From NCBI RefSeq assembly GCF_009914755.1, contig NC_060938.1: DNA of 64,000 bases; one strand, written 5' to 3'. Below are positions 42,203-55,721 of the stretch, piece after piece (within the stretch, counting starts at the first letter, position 1; every line of letters begins with the position of its first letter). Both the position numbers and the translations under genes were made by a program. The DNA is from the human T2T-CHM13v2.0 reference genome, Homo sapiens. The notes under the pieces were generated by a model that was given only the letters and a program-made list of their open reading frames with translations, was not told the origin of the DNA and ran no database searches.

Positions 42203-42241
42203 GGTTTCTGCATGGTCCCACATTAACTTCTCCTCACTGTG
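42203..42241 (-). other. IGHV3-64 23-RSS (CACAGTG - 23 - GCAGAAACC)
   Basis: Heptamer 42235-42241; divergent nonamer 42203-42211. Confidence 0.93.
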
Positions 42242-42697
42242 TCTCTCGCACAGTAATACACAGCCATGTCCTCAGCTCTCAGGCTGCCCATTTGAAGATA
42301 CAGCGTGTTCTTGGAATTGTCTCTGGAGATGGTGAATCTGCCCTTCACAGAGTCTGCATAATATGTGCTACCCCCATTACTACTAATAGCTGAAACATAT
42401 TCCAGTCCCTTCCCTGGAGCCTGGCGGACCCAGTGCATAGCATAGCTACTGAAGGTGAATCCAGAGGCTGCACAGGAGAGTCTCAGGGACCCCCCAGGCT
42501 GGACCAAGCCTTCCCCAGACTCCACCAGCTGCACCTCACACTGGACACCTGCAAACACAGAGACACCAAGGTCAGAAACTGCCACACAAATCCACTGTTT
42601 CTCTCACTCATGTCCACTCACACTCAATATCTCTATTTCCTCATGAATCACCTTTAAAAATAGCAACAAGGAAAACCCAGCTCAGCCCAAACTCCAT
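42242..42697 (-). CDS. IGHV3-64: Ig heavy variable 3-64, *02-like (leader 42652-42697 with an extra in-frame ATG to 42700; V exon 42242-42548)
   Basis: [16 protein letters not shown]...SSYAMHW...[22 protein letters not shown]...[18 protein letters not shown]; octamer at 42824-42831. Confidence 0.96.
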
Positions 42698-43997
42698 CAT
42701 GACTCTTCTGTGTTCAGTGCTGATCACCAAATGAAAACACCTGGGAATCCCAGGGCGGGGGCTCCTCTCCCAGAGCTGCGGAGTCAGGGCTGGGCTGGTT
42801 TTCATCAGGAGAGGGAGGGACCTATTTGCATGTCTCCTACTATATAGCAAGCTCTGGGGTGAGATGCCTGAGGAGAGGGCAGGGCCCAGGGCAGATGAGA
42901 GTGTCCTTGGGGATTTCGATGACAATGATTACATTTGGGAAAATGCTGTTTTATTGTGAAATTGTTGTGTGATAAACACTTAATAACTATCACATTTTTA
43001 ATTATTTTTACCTATGTGTATAAATTATGTTATTTAGGAATCAGTGGTTTCTTCATGTACAGATGTAAAAGTGAACCCACACATGGAGGGGCTATGTATG
43101 TGTCTAAGGGCTTATATCTGGCATGAGTGAGTCCTAGTACCCGGGCCTATGCTCCTCACAGCTGGCCTCAGTTGCTCTTTTAACCAACTCTAGGACAGAG
43201 ATAAACGGGCCTAGTGTGGTTTGCAGAATCCACTTCCTGCCACGACAACCTGTGTGATTTTGCTGCATTTACCTAAAAATACGGAGAAAACTAGGGGTCA
43301 GACAAATAAATTTTTAGGTATATTTGACATTTAACATATTTATTTGTTCCTTCCTATCACCCTCTTTTTGTCTAAAATTTCAGTTTTTTTGTAATAAATT
43401 TTATGAGGTTTAATTGACAGATAAGAAAATTCACATATTTATTCTGTACAATAGTAAACTTTGAAAAATAAAATCTCTATTTTTAAGAAGGTGACAAGTC
43501 AACTCCCCTCAGCATTCCTCTTGCTCTTTTATATTTTTTTGGTTTTTCTCCTTCCCTTCTTCTACCATTTCTTTATAAATCTACTGATGTTTTCACATGT
43601 CTTTTGACTAGCTTTTATATTCTAGAATTTATAAGAATGAAAAAATATAGTATATGCTCTTATGTATTTGGATTATTTTTCTCAATAGAAATACTGAGAA
43701 TTAAATCTTTTATGTTGCATGTGTTTATTTCTTACAAATAATGGGTAGCATTTCAGCAAACAAATGTAGCATAATTTGTTTTTCTATTAAGTTACTAACT
43801 GGCATTTGAATTTTTCATTACTCTCTCTAAGTCTTACTAATAAATCTGCTACTCAGCTTGGTAACACACATAGATGATAAATTATATATAAGTTACATAA
43901 ATATATTTTTTGCAACAACAGTAACAAGAGAATGTACAATTTGGCAAATTTTGTTTAGTATTTCAGATAATTGAAGTTATGAAATAAAAAACAAACC

Positions 43998-45008
43998 TGT
44001 AATCCAAAGAGTACCTGAGACTAATCTCAATAGATTTAGGAAGTTCGTATTCCAAGATTAAGGACATGGCAGTGACACCGCCTCAGGGAGTCCTGACGAT
44101 ATATGCCCAAGGTGGTGGGACACAGCTTGATTTTATGCAATTTAGGGAGACATGGGACAGTAATCAATATATGTAAGATGTACATTGGTTTGGTTCAGAA
44201 AGGCAGGACTTTCTGAAGTGGGGAGAGAGCGTCCAGATCACAGGTAGGTTTGAGACAAATGCTTGCATTCTCTTGAGTTTCTGATTAGCCTTTAACTGAA
44301 TGCACAATTTACAGGAATAGTCACGTAGGCCTTAGTCTGGCTTAGCAAAACAATAGAGAAATGGTGGCAATCAGATAGGCATTTGACTTATGTGAGCAGA
44401 GAAATGACTCTGTCTGTTGTTGGTCCACAAGGTTTTTCCTTGTGGTCAAATTTTGAAGGAGGTATGTAGTTTTTTAAAACCTTAGTTTCACTCGTGTCCA
44501 TGTGAAGAGACCACCAAACAGGCTTTGTGTGAGCAATAAAGCTGTTTATTTCACCTGGGGGCAGGCGGGCTGAGTCTGAAAAGAGAGTCAGCGAAGGGAG
44601 ATAGGGGTGGGGCCGTTTTATAGGATTTGGGTAGGTAAAGGAAAAAGGGGGGTTGTTCTCTGGCGGGCAGGAGAGGGGGTCACAAGGTGCTCAGTAGGGG
44701 AGCTTTTGAGCCAGGATGAGCCAGGAGAAGGAATTTCACAAGATAGTATCATCAGTTAAGGCAGGAATAGGCCATTTTCACTTCTTTTGTGGTGGAATGT
44801 CATCCATTAAGGCAGGAACCGGCCATCTGGATGTGTATGTGCAGGTCACAGGGGATATGATGGCTTATCTTGGGCTCAGAGGCCTGACAGTTAGTAGCTA
44901 TCATTTTAGGGAAAGAATGGAGGTGGGTTTGCCCCAAGCAGTTTTCAGCTTGACTTTTCCCTTTGGCTTAGTGATTTGGGGGTCCCAGAGATTTCTTTTC
45001 CTTTCACA
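43998..45008 (-). mobile_element. MER4A-like solo LTR interrupted by LTR7
   Basis: Minus strand begins TGTGAAAGGAAAAGAAATCTCTGGGACCCCCAAATCACTAAGCCAAAGGGAAAAGTCAAGCTG. Confidence 0.75.
44486..44889 (-). mobile_element. HERV-H LTR7-family solo LTR
   Basis: Minus strand TGTCAGGCCTCTGAGCCCAAG...CCTATAAAACGGCCCCACCCC...GTGAAA; 5-bp flanks CTTAG/GTTAG. Confidence 0.9.
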
Positions 45009-45874
45009 AACATGGAAATCTTGGGAGAAACAAGTTCTTGTAGAGAGAAACAAAGCCATAGTGTTAGCTAAACTGAAGCAGAGGCTGCCATATGAAATAC
45101 AGCCTATTACAAGATAAAGCTACAAACATGTGTTGGATTGCTTAAATTCCAGTGTGGTAAATGTGTTGTCATGTGAAATTCTCAGGAACCACATACTGAA
45201 GGGCACTGATAAAGTGAATTAAATGTGGCCCGAAAAGGACTCTGCACTTCTATGATTGAGTCCTTGTGGACAAACTGTAACCTTGTGGACAAACTTGTGG
45301 ACAAACCTTGTCCTTGTGGACAAACTGTAACTGTAACATATAGAAAAAATATGAATTAAACTCAGTAGACTTCAAGCTATTGACATGTAAATTAGGTGGA
45401 ATATTTCATAGCTAAAGACCTGATCTAGCATGAGAAATAACAGAGAGATGACACACGGAGAATGCAGCAGGGGGAAGCTGACATTCAAGTTCTGATGTTT
45501 GTTTACTGATATTTGTCCCCTAGCATGTCCAGCACTTCATGAGCACAGAACTCCTCTAATAGAGAAACAGCCTCTCACAGGACATGATCCTCAAAATGAT
45601 CTCACCTACAAATGGATCACTAGCAACTTCAAACTTTTTTGGTTTTTGCCCTTTGCAAGTTGAACTACTGGCATGAGTGTGTCTCTCCATGTTTGCACAC
45701 ATTGAATTGATAAAATTAGTTTTGTTCTACATCTTCCAACTCTTAAGATATCTGAAAACTCTAAAATTTTCTCCTTTCAAATTTGGTTCTCATTGACTCA
45801 TTGGGTTACATCAATGCTCTAAGTACGATGGGATATGGAAGACACATCGGTAGTTTTTGCTAAATTATTTATGT

Positions 45875-46008
45875 TTTATTTTATTTTATTTTCAAAAGTA
45901 AAGATGAAGCCTCACTATGTTTCACAGACTGATCTCAAACTCCTGGAAATCTTCCCACCTCAGCCTCCCAAATTTCTGGGATTATAGGTGTAAGCCACTG
46001 TGCCTGGA
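45875..46008 (-). mobile_element. Alu monomer fragment
   Basis: CTCAGCCTCCCAAATTTCTGGGATTATAGGTGTAAGCCACTGTGCCTGG. Confidence 0.75.
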
Positions 46009-46551
46009 CATTAATTACTTATTTTAACTTTTTAATTGCATTTTTGTTTTGAAATAAGTGTAATTCAGATGCTGGTAAAATTTTCTCCTCAGACTCCTCT
46101 GCAGCTGCTCCAGGGCTGACATCTGTGTTGAGTGGTTTCTGGGCCTGTCCTGCAGCTCTGCCCTCACCCGGCAGGGGAGGATGCTGTTTGGGCTCACAGA
46201 GCATATTCTCCCAATGTCGCTCCCCCAGAATGAAGGGGCTGTCCCCTGGTTCACAATCCTCTCTCAGCAGCATCTAATGCTTTCGAAATTGTCTCTCGAA
46301 ACAGTGATTTAACATTACTGTACCCAGTAAACTGCAGGGGGAGCCCAAGCACAGATTCTTTGAAACCACCAGAGAGTCTGTTCCCTGGGACTGTCAGATG
46401 CAATGACACAGTCAAGATCCATGGTGAGTCCAGAAACTTTCAGAGAACTCATAGGAGCCTCTTATTTCTTTCAGAATTCTCTATTCAAAGATCACGCCAA
46501 ATAGTATGTCCACAGAGAGAACTACATGGCTCAAAGCCCACAAAAATTAAA

Positions 46552-46598
46552 ACACACGTGTACACACACACACACACACATGCACACACACATACACA
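46552..46598. repeat. Interrupted (CA)n microsatellite
   Basis: Direct reading. Confidence 0.9.
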
Positions 46599-46651
46599 GT
46601 GGGAAGGCTGAGCTTTATAGTAATTGACTCGTAATTTGGGATCTTTCCTAG

Positions 46652-48170
46652 TGTAAACCAAAGGTTTCCGAGACAGATCTCAATCAAATTAAAATTAATT
46701 TTGCCAAAGTTAGGGCATGCCTGGAATGAAAATACAAGTAATCACAGAAAAATTTGTGGTCAGTGCCGTTCCCCAAAGATGATTTTCAGGGCTTTCAATA
46801 CAAAAAAGGGGGGAAAGCTGGATAGAGGGGAAAGAGGGACAGTATGAAAATTTACATGTTGTAATGAGAGAGAAGCACATAGGGAAACAGAAAAATTATG
46901 TAGTTCTCCTGAACTAAGTTAGCACTTTATATAAAGTAAAATGAACAAAGAGTAGCTATCTGTGAAGATATTTAACTTTTTATTTGTAGCTATTCTCTTA
47001 GGAATGAAAGGAAAATCAGTTTCTTGCATGGATCATCCTTTAGGATTTTCCCCCCTCATGACATAATGAATTGACAGCACAAGTTTTTATTTTCCTTTTA
47101 TATTTTCCCCACCTGTTCCTTTTCAAAATCATTCAGAGGAAGCATTTTACAACCAAATGAGTTTCTGGTCTCCTGTTTTGTTTTATCTTTCATTGATAGA
47201 ATGGATTACTCTTAGATAAACAGGTCCCATGTTGTTAAGATAGCTCATTGTTACCTACCTTTCAAATGTTGTGAAGTCTCACATCCCAATGATGAAAAAA
47301 TAGTGGGAGAAAAAGGGAACTAAACATAGAAAATAAAGGAGGAAATAACCAACAAAAAGGGGAAACAATCCTGGAAAACTGATATAGGCTTTGGAACTCT
47401 GAAGGCTGTACATGAGTAGGATAAACAACAAATATCTGAGACAGGTCTCAGTCAATTTAGGAAGTTTATTAATATGGTTTGTCTGTGTCCCCATCCAAAA
47501 CTCATTTTGAATTGTAGTCCCACATTTCCCATGTGTCATTGGAAGAACCCAGTGAGAAGTAATTGAATCATAGGGGCAGGTCTTTCCCATGATGAACTCA
47601 TGATAGTGAATAAGTTTCATTAGATCTGATGGTTTTCTAAAGGGGAATTCATCTGCACAAGCTCTCTCTAGTCTTCCACCATGTAAGATGTCCCTTCCTT
47701 TTCTGACATGATTGCGAAGTGTCCCCAGCCACGTGGAAATGTGAGTCAATTAAAACTCTTTCCTTTATACGTTACCCAGTCTTGATTATGTTTTTATCAG
47801 CAGCAGGAGAACAGACTAATACATTTGTTTTGCCAAAGTTAAGAACCCAACCATAACCAGCCTCAGGAAGTCCTGAGACATGTGCACAAGGTGATTGAAG
47901 TACAGCTTGCTTTTATACATTTTACAGAGACATGAGACATCAGTCAATACATGTGAAATGTACATTTTTTTTTCCTGTAAGCCAGGACAAATGAAAATGG
48001 GGGCTTGCAGGTTAGAAGAAGATAAGAGACAATAGGTTGCATTCTTTTGTGTCATTTATTATCCTTCCACTGAATACACAATTTAGTCTGACTCAGTGAA
48101 TCTTCATTTTTACATAAATTATAGTGGGGAGGAAGAAATCATATATGTATTTGTCTCAGGGGAGACTTAG
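46652..48170 (-). mobile_element. MER4-group LTR/internal fragments with a nested MaLR LTR (about 47470-47823, plus strand)
   Basis: TGTAAACCAAAGG...GAGACAGATCTCAATC; second copy GAGACAGGTCTCAGTCAATTTAGGAAGTTTA split by ATATGGTTTG...AGACTAATACA. Confidence 0.6.
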
Positions 48171-48414
48171 AGGAATGCCTGCTTTCCTGCCTTTCTGAAT
48201 CAACTGTTCTAAGTTTAAGTTTTTGTAGATGACCAAAAACAAAAAACAAAAACAAAAACAAAACAAGACAAGACATGAGTTACAAGGAAGAAATACTAAG
48301 AGATCCTGGGGAAGACCTTTGCTTTACAAGGTCAAAAAATAGCAAGTTCAAAAAGGAAACCCCACCCTGCCCAGGGACCTAATGTGGAGCTGCCTCCTAA
48401 GGGAACCGTGGTGT

Positions 48415-48846
48415 CTGAGCGACCCCTGCCGTCCTGAGCGCCCCCTGGTGGTTCTGAGCGCCCGCTGGTGGTTCTGAGCGCCCCCTGGTGTCCTGAGCAC
48501 ACTCTGCTGTTCTGAGCGCCCGCTGGTGGTTCTGAGCGCCCCCTGGTGTCCTGAGCACACTCTGCTGTTCTGAGCGCCCACTGGTGGTTCTGAGCGCCCC
48601 CTGGTGTCCTGAGCACACTCTGCTGTTCTGAGCGCCCGCTGGTGGTTCTGAGCGCCCCCTGGTGTCCTGAGCACACTCTGCTGTTCTGAGCTCCTGCTGG
48701 TGGTTCTGAGCGCCCCCTGGTGTCCTGAGCACACTCTGCTGTTCTGAGCTCCTGCTGGTGGTTCTGAGCGCCCCCTGGTGTCCTGAGCACACTCTGCTGT
48801 TCTGAGCGCCCCCTGGTTTAACTGAGTTCTCTCTGGTGTCCTGAGC
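48415..48846 (-). repeat. Minisatellite with a 58-bp higher-order unit (20+19+19 bp) x6 at 48454-48801, built from CTCF-motif monomers
   Basis: A=CTGAGCGCCCGCTGGTGGTT (with variants), B=CTGAGCGCCCCCTGGTGTC, C=CTGAGCACACTCTGCTGTT. Confidence 0.95.
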
Positions 48847-48865
48847 ATCTATCTCCTGGCGGGTT

Positions 48866-49415
48866 TGCTGTGCAGAAACTCCTTAGTTAATTAGGTCCCA
48901 CTCATCTATTTGTGTTTTGGTTGAATTTGCTTTTGGATACTCAGCCAAAAATTATTCGTCAAAGTTGGGGTCGAGAAGAGTATTTCCTAGGTTGTCTTCA
49001 AGGATTTTTATGGTTTGAGGTCTTACATTTAAGTCTTTCATCAATTTTGAGTTAATTTTATGTATGTTGAAAGTAGACGTCCAGCTTCAATCTTCATCAC
49101 ATGGCTAGCCAGTTGTCCCAGCACCATTTATTGAACAGGGAGTCCCTTCCTTATTGCTTGTTTTCATCAGCCTTATCAAATATGAGATGATTGTAGGTGT
49201 GCAGCAACACACCACTCAGAATGGCTATCACGAAAAAGTCAAAAAACAATGAATGCTGGTGGGACTCTGGAGAAAAGAGAACACTTATACCCTGATGAGA
49301 AGAATATAAGTTAATCTTGCCCCTTTGGAAAGCAGACTGGAGATTTCTTAAAGAACTTAAAACAGAGATATCATTTTACCCAGCAATCCCACTCCTCAGT
49401 ATACACTAAAAAGTA
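48866..49415. mobile_element. L1 fragment with an antisense part (about 48866-49205) and a sense part (about 49206-49415)
   Basis: GCTGTGCAGAAACTCCTTAGTT...CCCAGCACCATTTATTGAA, then CAGAATGGCTATC...CCAGCAATCCCACT. Confidence 0.8.
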
Positions 49416-49990
49416 AGCAAATAATTCTTATTTGTGCGCACATTTGTCAGAAGCCCTCAAGCTGTACATTGAAAATCTAAGCATTTTTATGTTAATTTTA
49501 TATCATAAAAATAGAAAATAGACAATGGTAGGAAAATATTTATATTGATATTAAAATCCTAATAAAATATATATGAAAATTCAAATAAAAAATGTAAATG
49601 TGATTACAATAATTATTAAAATGCATTCAGCTGTAGTGGAATTAAATCCAGGAAATTAGAAAGATAAAGGTGACATATTAAAATGAAAAATTAATAAACA
49701 CATTTCACAGATAAGTAAAACATGGCTAAAAATATGTGGAACATTTTATATTATTAGTAATACAAAGTAAATAAACTCTTGATATAACATTTTGACCTGT
49801 TTTATCAGGATAAATGACTAATATTTTGTGTAAAATCACAACATGTAAACAATTAAAAATAACCAAAATCAATTATGAATTACTCTAATAATTTATATTT
49901 AGTTCATCATTAATTTTGATTCTTCAGGACATGTTTTTAGAATTATTTTATCTTAATGTTTAATATGAATGCCTACACATATATGCATAG

Positions 49991-50221
<231 letters not shown>

Positions 50222-50595
50222 TAGCTATGTAGTTGCTGATGTCAACAAATGTTAATAAAACTCTGGAAGAATCAGTGCAAATAATTAGGAATATTTATAT
50301 CTTCAAAGTACATATTTAAAATGTACTTATATATAATTTTAATAATTACTAAAATTTAAATACTAACGATAATAAAGTCATAATAAATACAAGTGATAAA
50401 ATGTCACAGCCTAGAATGCTGCAGAGTCCTGCAAATACAAACCTGACTTCTCCAGCTGATGAGAAAGGAAAACTACCCCAGCATCTGCTCCTGGGACCTG
50501 TCCTGTCCTCAGTGGGTTTTGACCGCCCCCGGTGGCCCCGCGCGCCCCTGCAGGGAGGTTTGTGTCTGGACTCACACTGACCTCCCCTCACTGTG

Positions 50596-51051
<456 letters not shown>

Positions 51052-54000
51052 ATGGTTGGTAGTCGGTGTTCAGTGCTGATCACCAAGTGGAAACACCTGG
51101 GCATCCCAGGGCTGGGGCCCCTCTCCCAGAGCTGCAGAGTCAGGGCTGGGCTGGTTTTCTTCAGCAGAGAGATGGCCCTATTTGCATGTCTCCTACTATA
51201 TAGCAAGCTCTGGGGTGGGAAGCCTGACGAGAAGGCAGTACCCAGATAAAATGACTGTGCCCTGCAAGAATTTGGTGACAACGATGGTACTCAGAAAATA
51301 TGCTGTCTTATTATAAAATTATGCTGTGATAAACTTTTTGAATTCATCATCCTATTTTATTTTTACATATTTGTGCAAATTATGTTTTGTCGGAGTCAAT
51401 TGTTTCTCCATGTACAGATGTGGAAGTCAACCACGCATGGAGAAAGGGCTAAGTATGTGTCTAAGAGCTCACGTCTGGATGAGTAAGCCCCAGTACCTGA
51501 GCCTGTGCTCCTCATCACTGGCCCCAATTACTCCCTGAGCCAACTCCAGGACAGAGCTGGGCGTGCCTAGTGTGGTTGTGGAACCCACTTTCTGTAGTGA
51601 GAACACGTGTGATTTTGCTGCATTCTAGCATTCACCTAAAAATATGGTGAGAACTAGGGTTCAGGCAGATAAGTTCTTAGGTATTTCTGAAATTTAATAT
51701 ACATTTTTTCTATCTTTCTATCACTCCTTCTTTGTCTAAGTTTCCATTTGTTTGCTTGTAATAAATTTTGAGAGTTTTAGTTTACAGATAATAAACTTTC
51801 ACATATTTAAATTGTACAATTGATAAATATAATGTAACCATCATTGTTATCAAGGTGGACAAGAGAATTCTCAACATTTCCTTTTGTTCTTCTACATTCT
51901 TCCTCCTTTTCCCTTTCATTCTTCTACCATTTCTCTGGCAACTCCTGAGCTATACATTGCGGCTGAGTCATTTAGTTTATTAAAATTTATACAAATCAAT
52001 GCAGTATATATTCTTATTTGTTTGGCTTATTTTACTTAACATATGTAATTCGATATTTTACCTTATAGTTGGGTATAGCAGACATTTATTTATTCTAAAT
52101 ACTGGATAGCATTCTAGCAAACAAATTTACCATAATTTGTTTTTCTGTTAAGCAGCTGAACAATATTTGAATTTTTTATTATTCTGGGTCTTACTAAAAA
52201 TCTGCTATTAAGTTTGGAAACGCACATAGAAAAGGAATACATTTTCCTTATTTTTTACAATTGCATCAACAATAACATAAACATAGAAGATGTAGCTTTG
52301 CAAATTTTCTTTAATACTTTTGATAATTAATGTTTCAAAACACGCGACAAGTCTGAAGTTCAGGGAGAAGCAAGTTCTTATAGAGAGTGACAAGAAGTTT
52401 GTCATCCTAGGTTGTTTGTCAGTCTAGCTTGTCTTTCTTCACTCTGCTAGAATAGTCTAGAGACATTAAGCTTAATATGTAACGAATTTGAAAATTAGAA
52501 CGAGTCCGAAGTGAAGTCAAAGTTACCGTGTGGTTAATAATGTGACAGACAGGAGACATGACTGGATACTAAGAGTGTGTTCACATCTATTTTATCTAGA
52601 TTAGCAAAACATTTTGTGCATCCCTTAGATAATATTCCCGTTGAGAGCCTTGATTTAACATTATTTCTTGATGAATAACACCTAAATAATAAAGGTGGTG
52701 GTTATTAACTCATAATTTATATTGCTAGTACAAACTTTCATTTAAGATAAATTCCTCTATCTGATGTAAAATCAGCCGAGAAGGCAGAAGTTATTGCACT
52801 TACTAGAGCTTGTCAATAAACCGAAGACCATGATTAAATACAGATGTTTTACTGTAGTGCAGAATTTTAAAATGTCCTGCAGGCAGAAGAGGTTTTCAAA
52901 TCTTCTGGAAGCCCCATCAAAATGGACTACAAGAAAAGAAATTTTTAAATAAATTATTACATTCTAGATATCTGACATATAAATTTGAAATGAAATGCAA
53001 GCAAAGAGAAAAAACCTAGTATGGAAACTAGAATAATGTTATGGTGCATCATTTCTACAAACTTTCAATCTCAACCTGGTCCTTAATATTATCTAAACAT
53101 AGAAGGCATTCCCATTGTTCATATCATCCAGAATCAATCCCACTCACAATATTCTGAATATGTTGAAAAAAATGGCATCATTAAATTAAAAAAATATAAA
53201 AACTTTAATAAAATATTGAAAGTCTCTTGGCCAAGAGTTATGCCACTAGCACTGTGTCACTCTGGTACCTCCCTCAGGCCACATCAGTTACTATCCTATG
53301 ACTTGGGAGCTGGAAGATTCATACATTTAGAAAGTTTACCCTCATTGCTCACCTTCGTCTTTTTGCATGTGTGTGTTACACAATATTGGACGTAATTTTT
53401 GTATTATACTAACTCCAATCACCAAAAGTTTAAGGTTGCCTTTTTATGTCATGTTTTAACAGTATTTTGTGATCTTCAACCATGAAAATACATATATTGG
53501 AAAAAACGTCAGGAAGAATTCTGCTGTTGAAACAAATTAGAATAAATTTTATCAGGCAATATTAACCAAAACACTGCAGAAAAAAATTAAGGGAGTCAAT
53601 TCTTGGGTTGATATTTTGCAACTAAAGAATCAGTTCAGACCGAATATCGTGGCTCATGTCTATAATTCTACCACTTTGAGAAGCAAAACCAGGGGAATCA
53701 CATAAGACTAGTAGTCAAGACCAGCCTGGATAACATAGAGAGACCCCACTTCTATGAAAGAATTAAAAAAAAATCAGCTTGGTCTCATGTCCTCACTACT
53801 CAGGAGGCTTATAAAGAAGGATTGTGTGAGCCAGAGGTTCAAGGTTACAGTGAGCTATGGTTGTGCCACTGCACTCCAACCTGTGTGACACAGTGAGACC
53901 CTATCTCTTATTATAATAATAATAATTAAGAATTTTACACTATTGTAAGGCACCTTAAATAGAAGATATTAAACTGAATATCCTCATGAATCCTCTGGCG

Positions 54001-55557
54001 CTTCTGATGTTTTGGAGCAGACAGCTCACCTAAGACATTCAGAACAAGCGGATGATTTTAGGTAATGAAAAGTCTCCACACAAGACATTGGAACAGGACC
54101 CTTGTGTAATCCCCTGCCCCGTGCCTTTCACCTCATTTTCCTCCTTTTCATTATGATTTGCTTATTCTTATAAGCAGTCTTCTTGTTTTGTGTAGACTGG
54201 TTTTTGTCCACCCATATTGGACACTGATCTATTTTTATTCATATTTTTATTCATTTATTATGAATAATTCATTATGATCTATTTTTATTCATTTATTTAT
54301 AGTTGCTACATAGAATAAGTCATCAGACTTGTTTTGATGTCTGACTGCTGATAACTTAAGGCTCATTCCTCCATCATCTCCTTTCTTTCCGACACGAGGT
54401 GGATCTAGTTAGGAATCACAAGAACTCCCTCATTTGATGCCATTTGGAGGTTCAAACCCCACAAACCCATTTCTGTGAGTGAGAACCCTCACTCTGCCTC
54501 CACCACCAAACTGGTATAGCAACCTGAGCCAGTCTCCTTTCTTGCTCTATCGAGCCATTTTGGACATTCCTGAGAGACCAGCTCTACTCTCAGCAGACAC
54601 CTCAAGAGGTAATCAACCTTTTCGTATTCACATGGGGGAGTGTGCGGCACTCACAGATGTGACATCCACACTACATTTTGGTTGTGATCTCTTGGCCTTT
54701 TTATGGTGTCAACTAGAACAGATGCTGTGAGCTTGTTGCCACTTCTCCTAACCACAGGACACACCTGTTCCCTGAATCAACCCCAGGACACAGCTGGACA
54801 TGCCTGGTGGGGTTTGATTAACGCCCATTATGTAATGAATTCATGACATTATTTTGTTGTATTCTAGTGTTTCCCTAAAAATATAGGTAGGCTTAGGGTT
54901 TATTCATGTATATATCCAGGAGTCTTTGATTTCTCATATATCTTTAATTAAATCTTTAATTCTGTGTTGAGAAATTTAAAATTTCTTCAGTTTGATGAGT
55001 GAAGTCCTTATGCCAACGTTCTGTGATTTTCTTTTTTTATTTCTCATATATTTTATTCATCTCTGTCTAACTTATTTTCTACCAAATTATATGTGTTTAA
55101 ATTTGGCATATTTTAATGAGGTGAAATTAGCAAATAATAGCCATCCCATAATGTGCACAATTTGACAAATAGTGACATAACCATTACCTTTCTCAACACA
55201 GAAAAAACTCAAGTGCCCTCAAAATTTCCTCTTGTTTTCCTGTAATTTCTTGTTCCTACACCTTTCCTTCTCACACCACACCCAGAGTCAACTACTGGTT
55301 TTCTTTATGTAACTTTAGATTGGTATTAATTTTATAGAATTTATAAAAGAGGAATTGTATGTGTGTACTTGTATTTATTTGTCTTATTTGACTCATCATA
55401 TGTACTTGTGACTTTACCTTTGCTGTTGAACGTATCCAGCGGTACCAGAATGTAACAGTGGGTGATTTTCCAGGGAATGAATTTACCACAATTTGTTTAT
55501 GATTAAGCTGCTGATTGATATTTGGATTGCTTTCAGTATCTGGGTATTTAAAAAAAT

Positions 55558-55721
55558 GCATTAGGAGATATACCTAATGCTAAATGACGAGTTAATGGGT
55601 GCAGCACACCAACATGGCACATGTATATATATGTAACAAACCTGCACTTTGTGCACATGTACCCTAAAACTTAAAGTATAATAATAATAAAATTTTTAAA
55701 AAATGTCAAATTAAAAAAAAA
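55558..55721 (+). mobile_element. 5'-truncated young L1PA 3' end
   Basis: GCATTAGGAGATATACCTAATGCTAAATGACGAG...ACCCTAAAACTTAAAGTATAAT. Confidence 0.9.

Noticed and set aside
48332-48848. Three overlapping 131-166 aa repetitive ORFs and a CRISPR-like appearance
   Set aside because: The ORFs arise from a stop-poor minisatellite. There are no unique spacers, no cas genes, and the DNA is human.
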